This document shows positions 46,297 through 55,135 of a DNA stretch of 64,000 nucleotides, piece by piece. The DNA is taken from contig JAJZAT010000002.1 of the NCBI GenBank assembly GCA_021799275.1, positions 1,293 through 65,292 of the forward strand, given 5' to 3'. The notes under the pieces were generated by a model that saw nothing but the letters and a program-made list of their open reading frames with translations, was not told the origin of the DNA and did not search any database. Positions within the stretch are counted from its first letter, which is position 1; each line of letters opens with the position of its first letter. The position numbers and the translations under genes are program-made. This stretch comes from Bacillota bacterium (GTDB lineage: Bacteria; Bacillota; Sulfobacillia; JAJZYS01; JAJYTV01).

Positions 46297-47045
46297 CCCA
46301 GGGCGATGCCCGCCGCCACCGCAACGGCGGCCCCTGCGGCCAGCGCGCCGGCGATGGTCAGTGCCTCAAGGCCGCCCGCGGCGGCAGAGAGAAAGTCCCC
46401 CGCGAGGAGGTCGCGCAGCACGCCGGTGAGCGCGAGGCCGGGCACGAGCACGATGAGGCCGCCGGCCACGATGACTCCGGCGTTCTGGCGCCAGAGCGCG
46501 GCCCCGGCGATGCCGACCAGGCCCACGGCGAAGCCCGAGACCGCGAGCGAGAAGAAGCGCCCGGCAAAGCGCCCCGTAGGGTGGCGGCGCATCACGACGG
46601 TAAACATGCCGCCGAGGGCGGCAAGGACCGCCTCGATGTGCGTCGCCCCGATGAACCAGGCATAGGCGGAACAGGCCACGGCTCCGGCCAGAAGGTCGGT
46701 GCCGAGGCCATAGGGGGAGTCCTGCGCCTTGAGGCCGGCGATCGCTTGCAGGCATTCGGGCGGCGTCACATCGCCGTGTTCCGCGGCTCGCGCCAAGCTA
46801 TTGAGCGACGCCAGGCGGCCGAGATCGGTCGAGCGGCTGCGCACGCGCCTCACACCGGTCTCATGGCCACCGGGGCCTTCGACCGTGACGAAGAGCCCCG
46901 GTGGCGTCACGAAGACATCCACCGCTCCGCAATGGAACCCGCTTCCCGCCCGCTCGACGGCCTCTTCCACGCGGTAGGGCTCCGCCCCAGCCTCGAGAAG
47001 CGCGGCCGCCAGAGCGAGCAGTGCGGCTAGCGGCGACTCGTTCAA
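46287..47045 (-). CDS. Threonine/serine exporter family protein, N-terminal half (ThrE/DUF1212)
   Basis: LLALAAALLEAGAEPYRVEEAVERAG... matches the ThrE N-terminal signature. The only plausible start is a TTG at 47045 overlapping the gabT stop as TTGA. The track ORF is extended through antisense noise. Confidence 0.6.
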   Translation of the reverse strand: MNESPLAALLALAAALLEAGAEPYRVEEAVERAGSGFHCGAVDVFVTPPGLFVTVEGPGGHETGVRRVRSRSTDLGRLASLNSLARAAEHGDVTPPECLQAIAGLKAQDSPYGLGTDLLAGAVACSAYAWFIGATHIEAVLAALGGMFTVVMRRHPTGRFAGRFFSLAVSGFAVGLVGIAGAALWRQNAGVIVAGGLIVLVPGLALTGVLRDLLAGDFLSAAAGGLEALTIAGALAAGAAVAVAAGIALGWT

Positions 47046-48379
47046 CCCTCGAGCAACGCTGCCTCCACGACGTCGAGCGCCTCTTCGAGCACCTCGGGCG
47101 GCGTCGTGAGGGGCTGCAGGAAGCGGAACACGTTGCCGTAGATGCCGGCCGTGAGCATGAGCACGCCGCGCTCCATGGCGCGCTGGACCACGCGCTGCGT
47201 CAGCTCCGGGTTCGGCTCCTTGGTGTGGCGGTCGGTGACGAGTTCCACGGCCACCATCGAGCCGAGGCCGCGCACCTCGCCGACGTAGGGGCTCTTCGCC
47301 TGCATCTCGCCGAGCCGGCGCTGCAGGAGTTCGGCCTGGCGCTGTGCCTGACCGAGGATGTCGTCCTGGTCGAACGCGTCGAGGACCGCGTTTGCGGCGG
47401 CGGTGGCCAAGGGGTTGCCGACGTAGGTGCCGCCGATCTGCGAGGGGCCCGGGGCGTCCATGATCTCCTTGCATCCCATCACGCCCGAGAGCGGCACGCC
47501 GTTCGCGATCGACTTCGCCATCGTCAGGATGTCGGGGCGGATGCCGGAGTACTCGGTCGCCCAGAAGCGGCCCGTGCGGCCGTAGCCCGTCTGCACCTCG
47601 TCCACGATCAGGAGGATGCCGTGTTCTTCCGTGAAGCGCCGCAGCCACGGCAGGAAGTTCGGCGGCGGCACCACAAACCCGCCTTCGCCCTGCACCGGCT
47701 CGACGATCACCGCGGCGACGTCCTCCGGCGCCACCTGCGTCACGAGCGCACGCTCGATGCGTGCGTAGCAGCGCTCGTCGCAGACGTGGTTCTCATCCTG
47801 CGCCATGTCGCAGCGGTAGGAGTACGGGAACGGCACGCGGTAGACCTCGGGGGCGTATGGTCCCATCTTGGCCTTGTAGGGGTGGACCTTGCTCGTCAGG
47901 GTCATCGCCATGAGGGTGCGGCCGTGGAAGGCCCCCTCGAACGAGATGATGCCCTTGCGGCCCGTGGCGACGCGGGCGATCTTGACGGCGTTCTCCACCG
48001 CCTCGGCCCCCGAGTTGAACAGGATCACGCGGGCCTCGCCGCCGCCGGGGAACGTCTTGTCGATGCGCTCCGCCACCCGCGCGTAGCTCTCGTAGGGGAT
48101 GTTCGTGAAGTCGGTGTGCAGGAAGCGCTCCACCTGCTCATGCAGGGCCGCCACGACACGCGGGTTGCGGTGACCGATGTTCTGCACGCCGACGCCGCCC
48201 GTGAGGTCGATGAAGGTGTTGCCGTCGATGTCGTGCACGAGGGCGTTCTCCGCGCGGTCCACGACCGGCAGCGAAACCGAGACGGCCCGCGGCGTCGCCG
48301 CGTGGATGCGGCGGTGGATCTCCTGGCTCTTGGGGCCTGGCACGGCGGTACGGATGTCGATGAAGCGGGTCTTCTGCAT
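47042..48379 (-). CDS. gabT: 4-aminobutyrate--2-oxoglutarate transaminase
   Basis: Class III aminotransferase; LIVDEVQTGYGRTGRFWA, MAKSIANGVPLSG. Confidence 0.85.
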   Translation of the reverse strand: MQKTRFIDIRTAVPGPKSQEIHRRIHAATPRAVSVSLPVVDRAENALVHDIDGNTFIDLTGGVGVQNIGHRNPRVVAALHEQVERFLHTDFTNIPYESYARVAERIDKTFPGGGEARVILFNSGAEAVENAVKIARVATGRKGIISFEGAFHGRTLMAMTLTSKVHPYKAKMGPYAPEVYRVPFPYSYRCDMAQDENHVCDERCYARIERALVTQVAPEDVAAVIVEPVQGEGGFVVPPPNFLPWLRRFTEEHGILLIVDEVQTGYGRTGRFWATEYSGIRPDILTMAKSIANGVPLSGVMGCKEIMDAPGPSQIGGTYVGNPLATAAANAVLDAFDQDDILGQAQRQAELLQRRLGEMQAKSPYVGEVRGLGSMVAVELVTDRHTKEPNPELTQRVVQRAMERGVLMLTAGIYGNVFRFLQPLTTPPEVLEEALDVVEAALLEG

Positions 48380-48450
48380 CGGGATCCCTCCATGGCGACG
48401 GGTAAATCATGCCGGAGCCTTCGGGGCCATAGCGTGGTCACGAAGGCGGG

Positions 48451-48729
48451 GTGCGACGGATGCGGGAACCTGCGGTCATGGGCATGGTGGCCTTGCGCTA
48501 CCTGTCGGCGACGGTGGAACTGGTGGCGGCCACCTTGATGCTGAGGTCCGGAAAGGTGGCGACGGCTGTTTCGATCAACGCCGCCTTGGGTCTCTTCGGG
48601 CCCCTGCTCTTTGTGGTCGTGTCGGCGATCGGGATCTGGGGCCTCGCCCAGGGGCACGACGTCTCCTGGACGAGGCTCGCCCTGATCGGCCTAGGCGTCC
48701 TGCTGATCGTCTATTCGGCCACCCGCTAG
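48451..48729 (+). CDS. YqhV-like small membrane protein (DUF2619)
   Basis: About 90-aa, two TM segments, (K/R)EPAVMGMVALR(F/Y)LS start resembling Bacillus YqhV. Start choice (GTG 48451 or ATG 48460) is uncertain. Confidence 0.5.
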   Translation: MRRMREPAVMGMVALRYLSATVELVAATLMLRSGKVATAVSINAALGLFGPLLFVVVSAIGIWGLAQGHDVSWTRLALIGLGVLLIVYSATR

Positions 48730-48890
48730 AGCGGCCTCGGCGATCGGCTGGACTGCAGCGCATCGCGCTGGACGCGCCGCTGACAGGCTTCGCAGACGTA
48801 GGGTCCGCCACTCTGACGCAGGCGCTCGTGCGCTTCGGACCACTTCTCGACCGTCTCCGGCCGTCCGCAGATCGAACAGCGCACCTCCAT
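48726..48890 (-). CDS. DUF2197 (YlaI-like) small Cys-rich protein
   Basis: MEVRCSICGRPE...YVCEACQRR, four Cys in two CxxC pairs, 54 aa. ATG at 48890 with SD GAGGGGG 8 nt upstream. Confidence 0.6.
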   Translation of the reverse strand: MEVRCSICGRPETVEKWSEAHERLRQSGGPYVCEACQRRVQRDALQSSRSPRPL

Positions 48891-48903
48891 CGCTTCTACC
48901 CCC

Positions 48904-49782
48904 TCAGGACGGGGAGAGTGCCGACTGGAGCAGTTCCACCAGCCGAACCGCGTCCTGGATGTGTAGTCTCTCCTGATCTCCGCCACGATAGCGGACCGCC
49001 AGCGCGAGCGACCTCGCGAGGATGCCCGCGGGCAACAGGAGCGACGCCAGGACGGGTTCCTGCGCGCGCACCAGGCATCGAACCCCGGCCATCCGGGCCA
49101 GTGACGCTGGCCTGGCGTACCCGGCCGCACGCGCGAATTCAAGCGGCCCCGCGCCCATCTCGCTTCCATCCTCCTCTAGGACGGCGTCGAGCGCAACCCC
49201 CACGGGGCGCCTCAGACGGAAAAGGAGCTCCTGGCCACCCCGACCGGCGATGCCGGTGCGGGCCAAGGCGACCAGCGTGAAGTCGGGCAGCTCGGCAAGG
49301 GCGGCGAGTGCAGCCGCCTGCAGCGCGCGCGTGCCGATTCCTGGTCCGACCAGGTAGGCGCCGGCCACGCGGCGCTGGGCCGAATAGGTGAACACGGTTC
49401 CCGGTTCGGGCGTACCCACCAGGGGCTCGAGCAGCAGTCCCCGCTCGCCTGCCCGCAGCACCGCCTTCCCGCCCTGACGGCTCTGCACGACGTGTCTGTC
49501 GAGCTCCTGCGGGGGCAAGGAGGTGCCGAGCACTGCCGCCCCACGGCCGTCCGGGCCGGCGCCCGTCGCGGCGAAGGTCGGTTCATCCAGGGCAAGGAGG
49601 ACAACGCTGCCGCCCTCTCCGCGGCGAGCGCTCAAGTTCCCCACCGGGTCGACCGCGACCTCGGCGCCCATGGCCTCGAGCTGCGCGGTCAGGATGGCGC
49701 GCAAGGGCCCTTCGTCACCGGAAGGCGCCTGCGGCGGCAGGAGATCGGCAAGCAGCGGAGTGAAGCGGTCAGTCGTGGCCAC
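48904..49782 (-). CDS. M42-family peptidase paralog lacking all metal-binding residues (predicted catalytically inactive)
   Basis: Aligns over its full length with the two upstream M42 genes, but H-M-D-E is LDEP, DDRAG is GIGTRA, QEEVG is RTGIAG and the C-terminal His is missing. GTG at 49782 with SD GGGAGG, overlapping the middle M42 gene by 14 nt. Confidence 0.6.
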   Translation of the reverse strand: MATTDRFTPLLADLLPPQAPSGDEGPLRAILTAQLEAMGAEVAVDPVGNLSARRGEGGSVVLLALDEPTFAATGAGPDGRGAAVLGTSLPPQELDRHVVQSRQGGKAVLRAGERGLLLEPLVGTPEPGTVFTYSAQRRVAGAYLVGPGIGTRALQAAALAALAELPDFTLVALARTGIAGRGGQELLFRLRRPVGVALDAVLEEDGSEMGAGPLEFARAAGYARPASLARMAGVRCLVRAQEPVLASLLLPAGILARSLALAVRYRGGDQERLHIQDAVRLVELLQSALSPS

Positions 49783-50785
49783 GCACCTCCCGAACGTTCT
49801 CGAGGAACCGCTGCAGCAGGCTGCGGGCTGCCGCCAGGTCGCGCAGCGAGATGAGCGATACGGGCGCGTGCAGGTAGCGGCAGGGAACCGACACGGCCGC
49901 GGATCTGTAGCCCTGAAGCCATGCCGCACCCGCCTCGTTGCCGCCGCCGATGCCCCTGCGCCACTGCCAAGGCACTTCCGCGGCCGCCCCGGCACGCGCC
50001 AGGGCCTCGCGCAGACCCTCGTCCGCCCGCGAGGAGCGGTCGAGCGTCGTAAGGGCGGGCCCGTCGCCAACGCGGGTGCCGCGTCCTGGGGGAGCGTCCG
50101 GCGTGTCGGCCGCCGCCGTGGCCTCGAGCGCCAGGACGAGATCCGGCCGCACGGCGCGCAGGGCCACCTGGGCCCCGCGCAGCCCGACTTCCTCCTGCAC
50201 GGTGAAGGCGACGTGCAGCGGGAAGTCCCAGGTGTGGCGGAGCATCTCGAGCGCAAGCCAGACGCCGGCGCGGTCGTCGAAGGCCTTGCCGATCGCGCTG
50301 CTGCCGTCCGGTGAGACGCGGTAGGGCGTGTCGAACGTGATCATCTCGCCGACTGGCGCGAGCGACTTGGCAGTGTTCGCGTCCGCGGCGCCGATGTCGA
50401 CGTAGAGGTCGTCGTACTTGGCTGTCGCCAGCCCCTCGCCGCGATGAAAGTGATTCGGCGGCCGGCCGATGGCGCCAGGCAGGCCGGCGGCGCCGACCAG
50501 CACGGACTTGCCGGCGACCGCGGACGGCGGCACGCCGCCCCAGGCGCGGATGCGCAGGCGCCCGTCGGGGGTGTGGCCGGTGACCATCAGCCCGACCTCG
50601 TCCATGTGCGCCAGCAGCAGGACCCGCGGTCCGGGACGGTCCTGGCCCTGCGCCACAAGCAGGTTGCCCATGCGGTCGACCGCCAGGGAATCGAGATCCG
50701 AGGGCAGGGCCGACCGCACGAGCTCCCGCACCTGCTCCTCGCGGCCGCTCGTGCCGCGGGCGAGGCAAAGCTCCTTCAGATCCAT
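49769..50785 (-). CDS. M42-family metallo-aminopeptidase (TET/YsdC-like)
   Basis: LLLAHMDEVGLMV, GKAFDDRAGV, FTVQEEVGLRGA, RYLHAPV: canonical ligands. Confidence 0.85.
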   Translation of the reverse strand: MDLKELCLARGTSGREEQVRELVRSALPSDLDSLAVDRMGNLLVAQGQDRPGPRVLLLAHMDEVGLMVTGHTPDGRLRIRAWGGVPPSAVAGKSVLVGAAGLPGAIGRPPNHFHRGEGLATAKYDDLYVDIGAADANTAKSLAPVGEMITFDTPYRVSPDGSSAIGKAFDDRAGVWLALEMLRHTWDFPLHVAFTVQEEVGLRGAQVALRAVRPDLVLALEATAAADTPDAPPGRGTRVGDGPALTTLDRSSRADEGLREALARAGAAAEVPWQWRRGIGGGNEAGAAWLQGYRSAAVSVPCRYLHAPVSLISLRDLAAARSLLQRFLENVREVRGHD

Positions 50786-51807
50786 GCCGTACCCCCCTTT
50801 CCGGCGTGGTCCCAGCTCAGAGGGGAACGCGCGAGGGCCGCGAGCAGATGGCCACAGGAGGCAACGTCCCGGATCGACACGACCTCCTGGGGCGAGTGCA
50901 TGGAGGTCAGGGGGATCGAGAGCAGGGCCGTTGGCACACCGAGGCCGGCCACCTGCAGGCGCCAGCCATCCGTGCCGGAATCGCCGGGCAGCGGCTCGCG
51001 CTGGCAGGCGATGCCCTCGGCCGCCGCGGTGGACTCGAGCCAGCGGTGAAGTCCCGGCGGCACGTTCGGCCCGATGCCGACGGCGGCGCCCTGGCCGAGC
51101 AGCGGCAGATCGGGCTCGGCCACCTCCGGCTGCTGGCCGAAGGTGACGTCGAGCACCACCGCGGCATCGGGCTGCGTCTCGCGGCAGAGGTAGGCGGCGC
51201 CGCTCCGGCCCGTCTCCTCCTGCACGGTGAAGGCGGCGAGCACGGTGACGGGCAGGTCCTCCCCCTGCAGTTCCTCGAGCGCCAGGGCGATCGCCGCGAC
51301 CGACGCGCGGTCGTCGAGGCCCGCGGCGCAGAAGCGATCCTCGCCGAGAAGGCGCGGCACCGTGGCGAAGTAGACGGGCTCCCCTACCGCGGGCAGGTCT
51401 TGCGCGGGGCCGAAGTCGATGTAGAGATCCTTCTCGCCTTCCTTGACTTCGACGCCGCTCTGGCGCAAGTGCGGCGGCAGCATGCCGACGACGCCGTGCC
51501 GCCCCTTGGCCTCCACCTCGAGCGCGGGCAGGCACACAGGATCGATGGCGGGCGCGGCGAAGCGGGCGAAACCTCCCGGGAGATGTTTGCTCAGCCATAG
51601 CGCCACCTGGTCGGCGTGCGCCGTGAAGAGCAGGCGCGGAGCGCCCGGCGGACCGTCACGCCAGAGCAGGAGATTGCCCGCGGCGTCCGTTTCGCTGCGG
51701 TCGAAGGACGGGGCGAGCAACCGGCGAAGCTCGTCGAACACGACCTCCTCGTGACCCGAGGCGGCCCGTAGGGCCGTCAAACGCTCGAGCCACTCGACAG
51801 CGGTCAC
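50776..51807 (-). CDS. M42-family metallo-aminopeptidase paralog
   Basis: LFTAHADQVAL, AAGLDDRASV, FTVQEETGRSG, VVLDVT, SMHSPQE. GTG at 51807 overlaps the aminotransferase stop as GTGA, with SD GGGAGGAG 5 nt upstream. Confidence 0.8.
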   Translation of the reverse strand: MTAVEWLERLTALRAASGHEEVVFDELRRLLAPSFDRSETDAAGNLLLWRDGPPGAPRLLFTAHADQVALWLSKHLPGGFARFAAPAIDPVCLPALEVEAKGRHGVVGMLPPHLRQSGVEVKEGEKDLYIDFGPAQDLPAVGEPVYFATVPRLLGEDRFCAAGLDDRASVAAIALALEELQGEDLPVTVLAAFTVQEETGRSGAAYLCRETQPDAAVVLDVTFGQQPEVAEPDLPLLGQGAAVGIGPNVPPGLHRWLESTAAAEGIACQREPLPGDSGTDGWRLQVAGLGVPTALLSIPLTSMHSPQEVVSIRDVASCGHLLAALARSPLSWDHAGKGGTAWI

Positions 51808-52949
51808 TCGGTCTCCTCCCAGGCCTTGGCCGCTTGGTTGCCCGCCTCGGGGATCGCCACCGCACGGCCGTGCCTGGCGAGGACGCGGCCGATCGACGCG
51901 ACCGTGCGGAGCACGGGCTGAAGCCGGGCGCTCTCGCCCATCGTGCCGATACGCCAGGCCTTGCCCTCCCAGGGGCCGAGGCCGCCGGCGATCTCGACGC
52001 CTTCCGCGAACAGCAGTTCCTTGCGCAGTTCGGCCTCGTCGAGTCCCCCGGGGGGGGCGACGACGGTGAGGGACGGCAACAGGTCCACCGCGGCCACGCG
52101 CGACTCGAGCCCCAGGACGGCGAGGCCGGCGCGAAGCGCGGTGCTGGCCTTGCGGTGGCGTGCGAAGCGCCCGGGCAGCCCCTCCTCGCGCAGGTCGCGA
52201 AGAGCCTCCGCGAGCGCGAAGATCATGCTGATCGGGGCCGTGTGGTGGTAGAGCCGCTCGCTGCCGAGATACTGGCTGATCAGCCCGAGATCGAAGTACC
52301 AGCTGCGCGCCTCGCCCTGGCTCTGCGCGAGCCCGTCCCGGACGGTGATCGGGCCGAGGCCGGGAGGTGCACCAAGGCATTTCTGGCTGCCGCTGTAGAC
52401 GATCGCGGCGCCCCAGGCATCGGCGTGGACCGGCAGGCCACCCAGGGACGTGACCGCGTCCACGATGAGGTCTGCGCCATATTCCTTGCACAGGGCGGCG
52501 ATGGCGTCGACGTCCGAGCGCACGCCGGTCGAGGTTTCCGCCTGCACGACAGCCACGACATCCGGGGCGACTTCCTGCATGCGCCTGCGCGCCACCTCGG
52601 GGTCCACCGGACTGCCGAACGGGAAGGACTCGAGGGTCAAATCGGCGCCGTAACGCCGCACCATGGCTGCGATGCGCTCGCCGAACACGCCACAGCTCAG
52701 CACCAGGACCTTGCGCCCGGGCCTGCAGAGCGTCACGACGGCCGTCTCCATGGCGGCGGAGCCGGTGCCGGAGATCGGGAACGTCAATGCGGCGGAGCTT
52801 TCGAAGACGACGCGCAGGTCGTCTTGCAACCGGTCCAGTTCCTCGAGGAAGCGCGGATCGAGGTGCCCGAGCAGGGGACGGGCCATGGCGGAGCGGACAC
52901 GGTGGCTGACGGGGCTGGGTCCGGGGCCCATCAAGAGAACTTCGTTCAT
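51804..52949 (-). CDS. Class V pyridoxal-phosphate aminotransferase (serine-pyruvate / alanine-glyoxylate-type)
   Basis: Length and GSQKCLGAPPGLGPI PLP-lysine region typical of the AGXT/SPT family. Confidence 0.75.
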   Translation of the reverse strand: MNEVLLMGPGPSPVSHRVRSAMARPLLGHLDPRFLEELDRLQDDLRVVFESSAALTFPISGTGSAAMETAVVTLCRPGRKVLVLSCGVFGERIAAMVRRYGADLTLESFPFGSPVDPEVARRRMQEVAPDVVAVVQAETSTGVRSDVDAIAALCKEYGADLIVDAVTSLGGLPVHADAWGAAIVYSGSQKCLGAPPGLGPITVRDGLAQSQGEARSWYFDLGLISQYLGSERLYHHTAPISMIFALAEALRDLREEGLPGRFARHRKASTALRAGLAVLGLESRVAAVDLLPSLTVVAPPGGLDEAELRKELLFAEGVEIAGGLGPWEGKAWRIGTMGESARLQPVLRTVASIGRVLARHGRAVAIPEAGNQAAKAWEETE

Positions 52950-53956
52950 TGCATCTGCCGCAGGTCGGAGCTCGGCGTGACGCCGGGAATGCGGCCACGC
53001 TTGGCGAGCGGCCGGCCCGCTACCTCCTTGATGTCCATAGTCATCTCGAGCGGCGGAGCGACGGCGATGTAGTGCCCGACGCCGAAAGCATCGGCGCCGG
53101 CGGCCGACAGGTCGCGGATGCGGTCCGGGCTGAGGCCGCCGGAGACGAAGATGCGGACGTGACCGAGACCCGCCTGATCGAGGCGAGCGCGCATCTCGCG
53201 CACGAGCTCGGTGGTGACGCCACCCCGCTCGGACGGCGTGTCCAGACGGATGCCCTCGAGCGCCTTGCCAAGTGCCTCCCCCACCCGCAACGCCTCGACC
53301 GTTTCGTCCTGGAAGGTGTCGACCAGGACGGTGCGGCCGCCGGGGGGCGCCGTCTGAAGCTGCAGCTTCGCGACCTCGAGCGTGTCGCCGATGATCAGCG
53401 CGGCCGCGTGCGGGACGGTGCCTGACGCCTCGATGCCGAGAAGACGCGCGCCGAGCACGCTGGAACAGCCGTCGGCACCGCCGAGCACCGCGGCCGCGTC
53501 CATGACCGACGCGATCGCGGGATGCACGTGGCGCGCGCCGAACGAGATGACAGGCCGGCTGCCCGCGGCCTCCTTGCAGGCCCTGGCGGCGGTGGCCCAG
53601 CCCGAGGATGCCGCCAGGATGCCGAGAAGGGCGGTCTCGAAGATGCCGAAGGCGCTGTACTTGCCCTGCAGGCGCAGCACGACGTCCTTGGTGTGGATCT
53701 CGCTGCCGTCCGCCAGCCCCCAGAGCTGCACCGGCCGGTCCTTCAGCAGGGCGCGCACCTCCGCCATGCCGGCGAGGATGCCGTCGCCCCGGCCGAACAC
53801 CTCGGCCACCACCTCGGTGTCCTCGCGGCCCGCCAGACGGAGGATATCAAAGGTCTTCTGGAAGTAGACGTCCGAGGTCGCGCCCTCGAGGATCTCCTCG
53901 TGCGTCGCGGATCGGAGCCGGTCCTTGTCCACCTGGAAACCAGCGACATCCTGCAT
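52946..53956 (-). CDS. pncB: Nicotinate phosphoribosyltransferase (short archaeal/Firmicute type)
   Basis: TDVYFQKT, GARHVHP, TFQDETVEAL and the FVSGGL C-terminal block. ATG at 53956; the track ORF start at 54064 would overlap pncA by about 95 nt. Confidence 0.7.
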   Translation of the reverse strand: MQDVAGFQVDKDRLRSATHEEILEGATSDVYFQKTFDILRLAGREDTEVVAEVFGRGDGILAGMAEVRALLKDRPVQLWGLADGSEIHTKDVVLRLQGKYSAFGIFETALLGILAASSGWATAARACKEAAGSRPVISFGARHVHPAIASVMDAAAVLGGADGCSSVLGARLLGIEASGTVPHAAALIIGDTLEVAKLQLQTAPPGGRTVLVDTFQDETVEALRVGEALGKALEGIRLDTPSERGGVTTELVREMRARLDQAGLGHVRIFVSGGLSPDRIRDLSAAGADAFGVGHYIAVAPPLEMTMDIKEVAGRPLAKRGRIPGVTPSSDLRQMQ

Positions 53957-53969
53957 CGAGCGCAGCAAG

Positions 53970-54500
53970 CTACTCACCTGTCCCCTCGAGGCTTGCCTTG
54001 AGCACGTCACGGATCTGGCCGAGGGCAAACCCGTGCGCTGCGGAGTCGAACGAGGCCACGGCATCCGTCGGAACGGTCACGTCGTACCCGCGCATGCGGG
54101 CGTCAGCCGTCGTGTACAGAACGCAGATGTTGGTGCAGACGCCGACGATGCGCAAGGCGTCCGACCGGTTCTCGCGCAGCCAGAGATCCAGGTCGGTGCC
54201 GAAGAAGGCCGAAAAGCGGCGCTTGGGCACGATGCGGTCGCCAGGCTCGGGACGCAGCTCGGGCACGATCTCGGCGCCCCAGGTCCCTTCAAGGCAATGC
54301 GGCGGATAGAGCCCGAACTCGGCGTCATCGGGACGGTGCGCGTCGCAGGCGTAGACGACCTCCATGCCCCGGGCGCGCGCCGCCGCGATCTCCCTCGCGA
54401 TGGCCGGAAGAACGGCACGTCCCGCCTCGCCGCAGTTGAGCAGGCCCCTGAGGTCGAGAAAGTCGTTGAGGCAGTCCACGACCAGCAGCGTGGACTTCAT
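53970..54500 (-). CDS. pncA: Isochorismatase-family hydrolase, probable nicotinamidase
   Basis: LLVVDCLNDF, VVYACDAH, catalytic Cys in VGVCTNICV. Confidence 0.75.
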   Translation of the reverse strand: MKSTLLVVDCLNDFLDLRGLLNCGEAGRAVLPAIAREIAAARARGMEVVYACDAHRPDDAEFGLYPPHCLEGTWGAEIVPELRPEPGDRIVPKRRFSAFFGTDLDLWLRENRSDALRIVGVCTNICVLYTTADARMRGYDVTVPTDAVASFDSAAHGFALGQIRDVLKASLEGTGE

Positions 54501-55135
54501 GCCCCCTCACCCCCGCTCGTCATCAGGTCCTTCAACAGAACCTTGGCCGGGTCGCTCCCGATCACGATCAGGAGGTCGCCCGGTTCGAGCACCATGCGCG
54601 GGTCGGGCGAGAACATCTCCTCACCCTTGCGGGCGACGCCGATCACGGTGATGCCCGTCCGCGTGCGCAGGTCGGCGGAGCTCAGCGTCTGGCCGACGAG
54701 CGCCGATCCGTCCGGGATCACGATCTCCTCGACGTGGCGCATGGTGCTGAGGGCTCCCGATGTGCGGTGCACGAGGCGGTCGATAGCCTGGCTAAGGCGG
54801 TCGTCGATCTGCCGCCGCTCCCCCAGGAGGCCCTGCACCTCCCGCGCGAGGCCGTGCAGCTCGTCGTCAAGGCGCACCTCGTTCAAATACTGCTCCGCGG
54901 CGGCACGCGACCGCACCAGGACCCCTGATCCTGCGATCGCCGAGACGACGCCATGGCTGTGCAGCAGCGCCACGGCCCGGCGAATCGTCTCCGGGGAGAC
55001 CTTGTAGAGCCCTGCCAGCGAGGAGCGCCCGAAGAGGCGCTGTCCCTCCTGCCACTCCCGCTGGACGATGCGACTCGCGACGTCCGCCGCAATCTCTTCG
55101 TAGCGGGAGAGTCCGTTCGATCGTCTCGGTGTCAA
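54497..55135 (-). CDS. GntR-family transcriptional regulator with C-terminal TrkA_C (RCK_C) ligand-binding domain
   Basis: N-terminal wHTH (YEEIAADVASRIVQ...LFGRSSLAGLYKVSPETIRRAVALL), C-terminal VIPDGSALVGQTLSSADLRTRTGITVIGVAR. Confidence 0.7.
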   Translation of the reverse strand: MTPRRSNGLSRYEEIAADVASRIVQREWQEGQRLFGRSSLAGLYKVSPETIRRAVALLHSHGVVSAIAGSGVLVRSRAAAEQYLNEVRLDDELHGLAREVQGLLGERRQIDDRLSQAIDRLVHRTSGALSTMRHVEEIVIPDGSALVGQTLSSADLRTRTGITVIGVARKGEEMFSPDPRMVLEPGDLLIVIGSDPAKVLLKDLMTSGGEGA

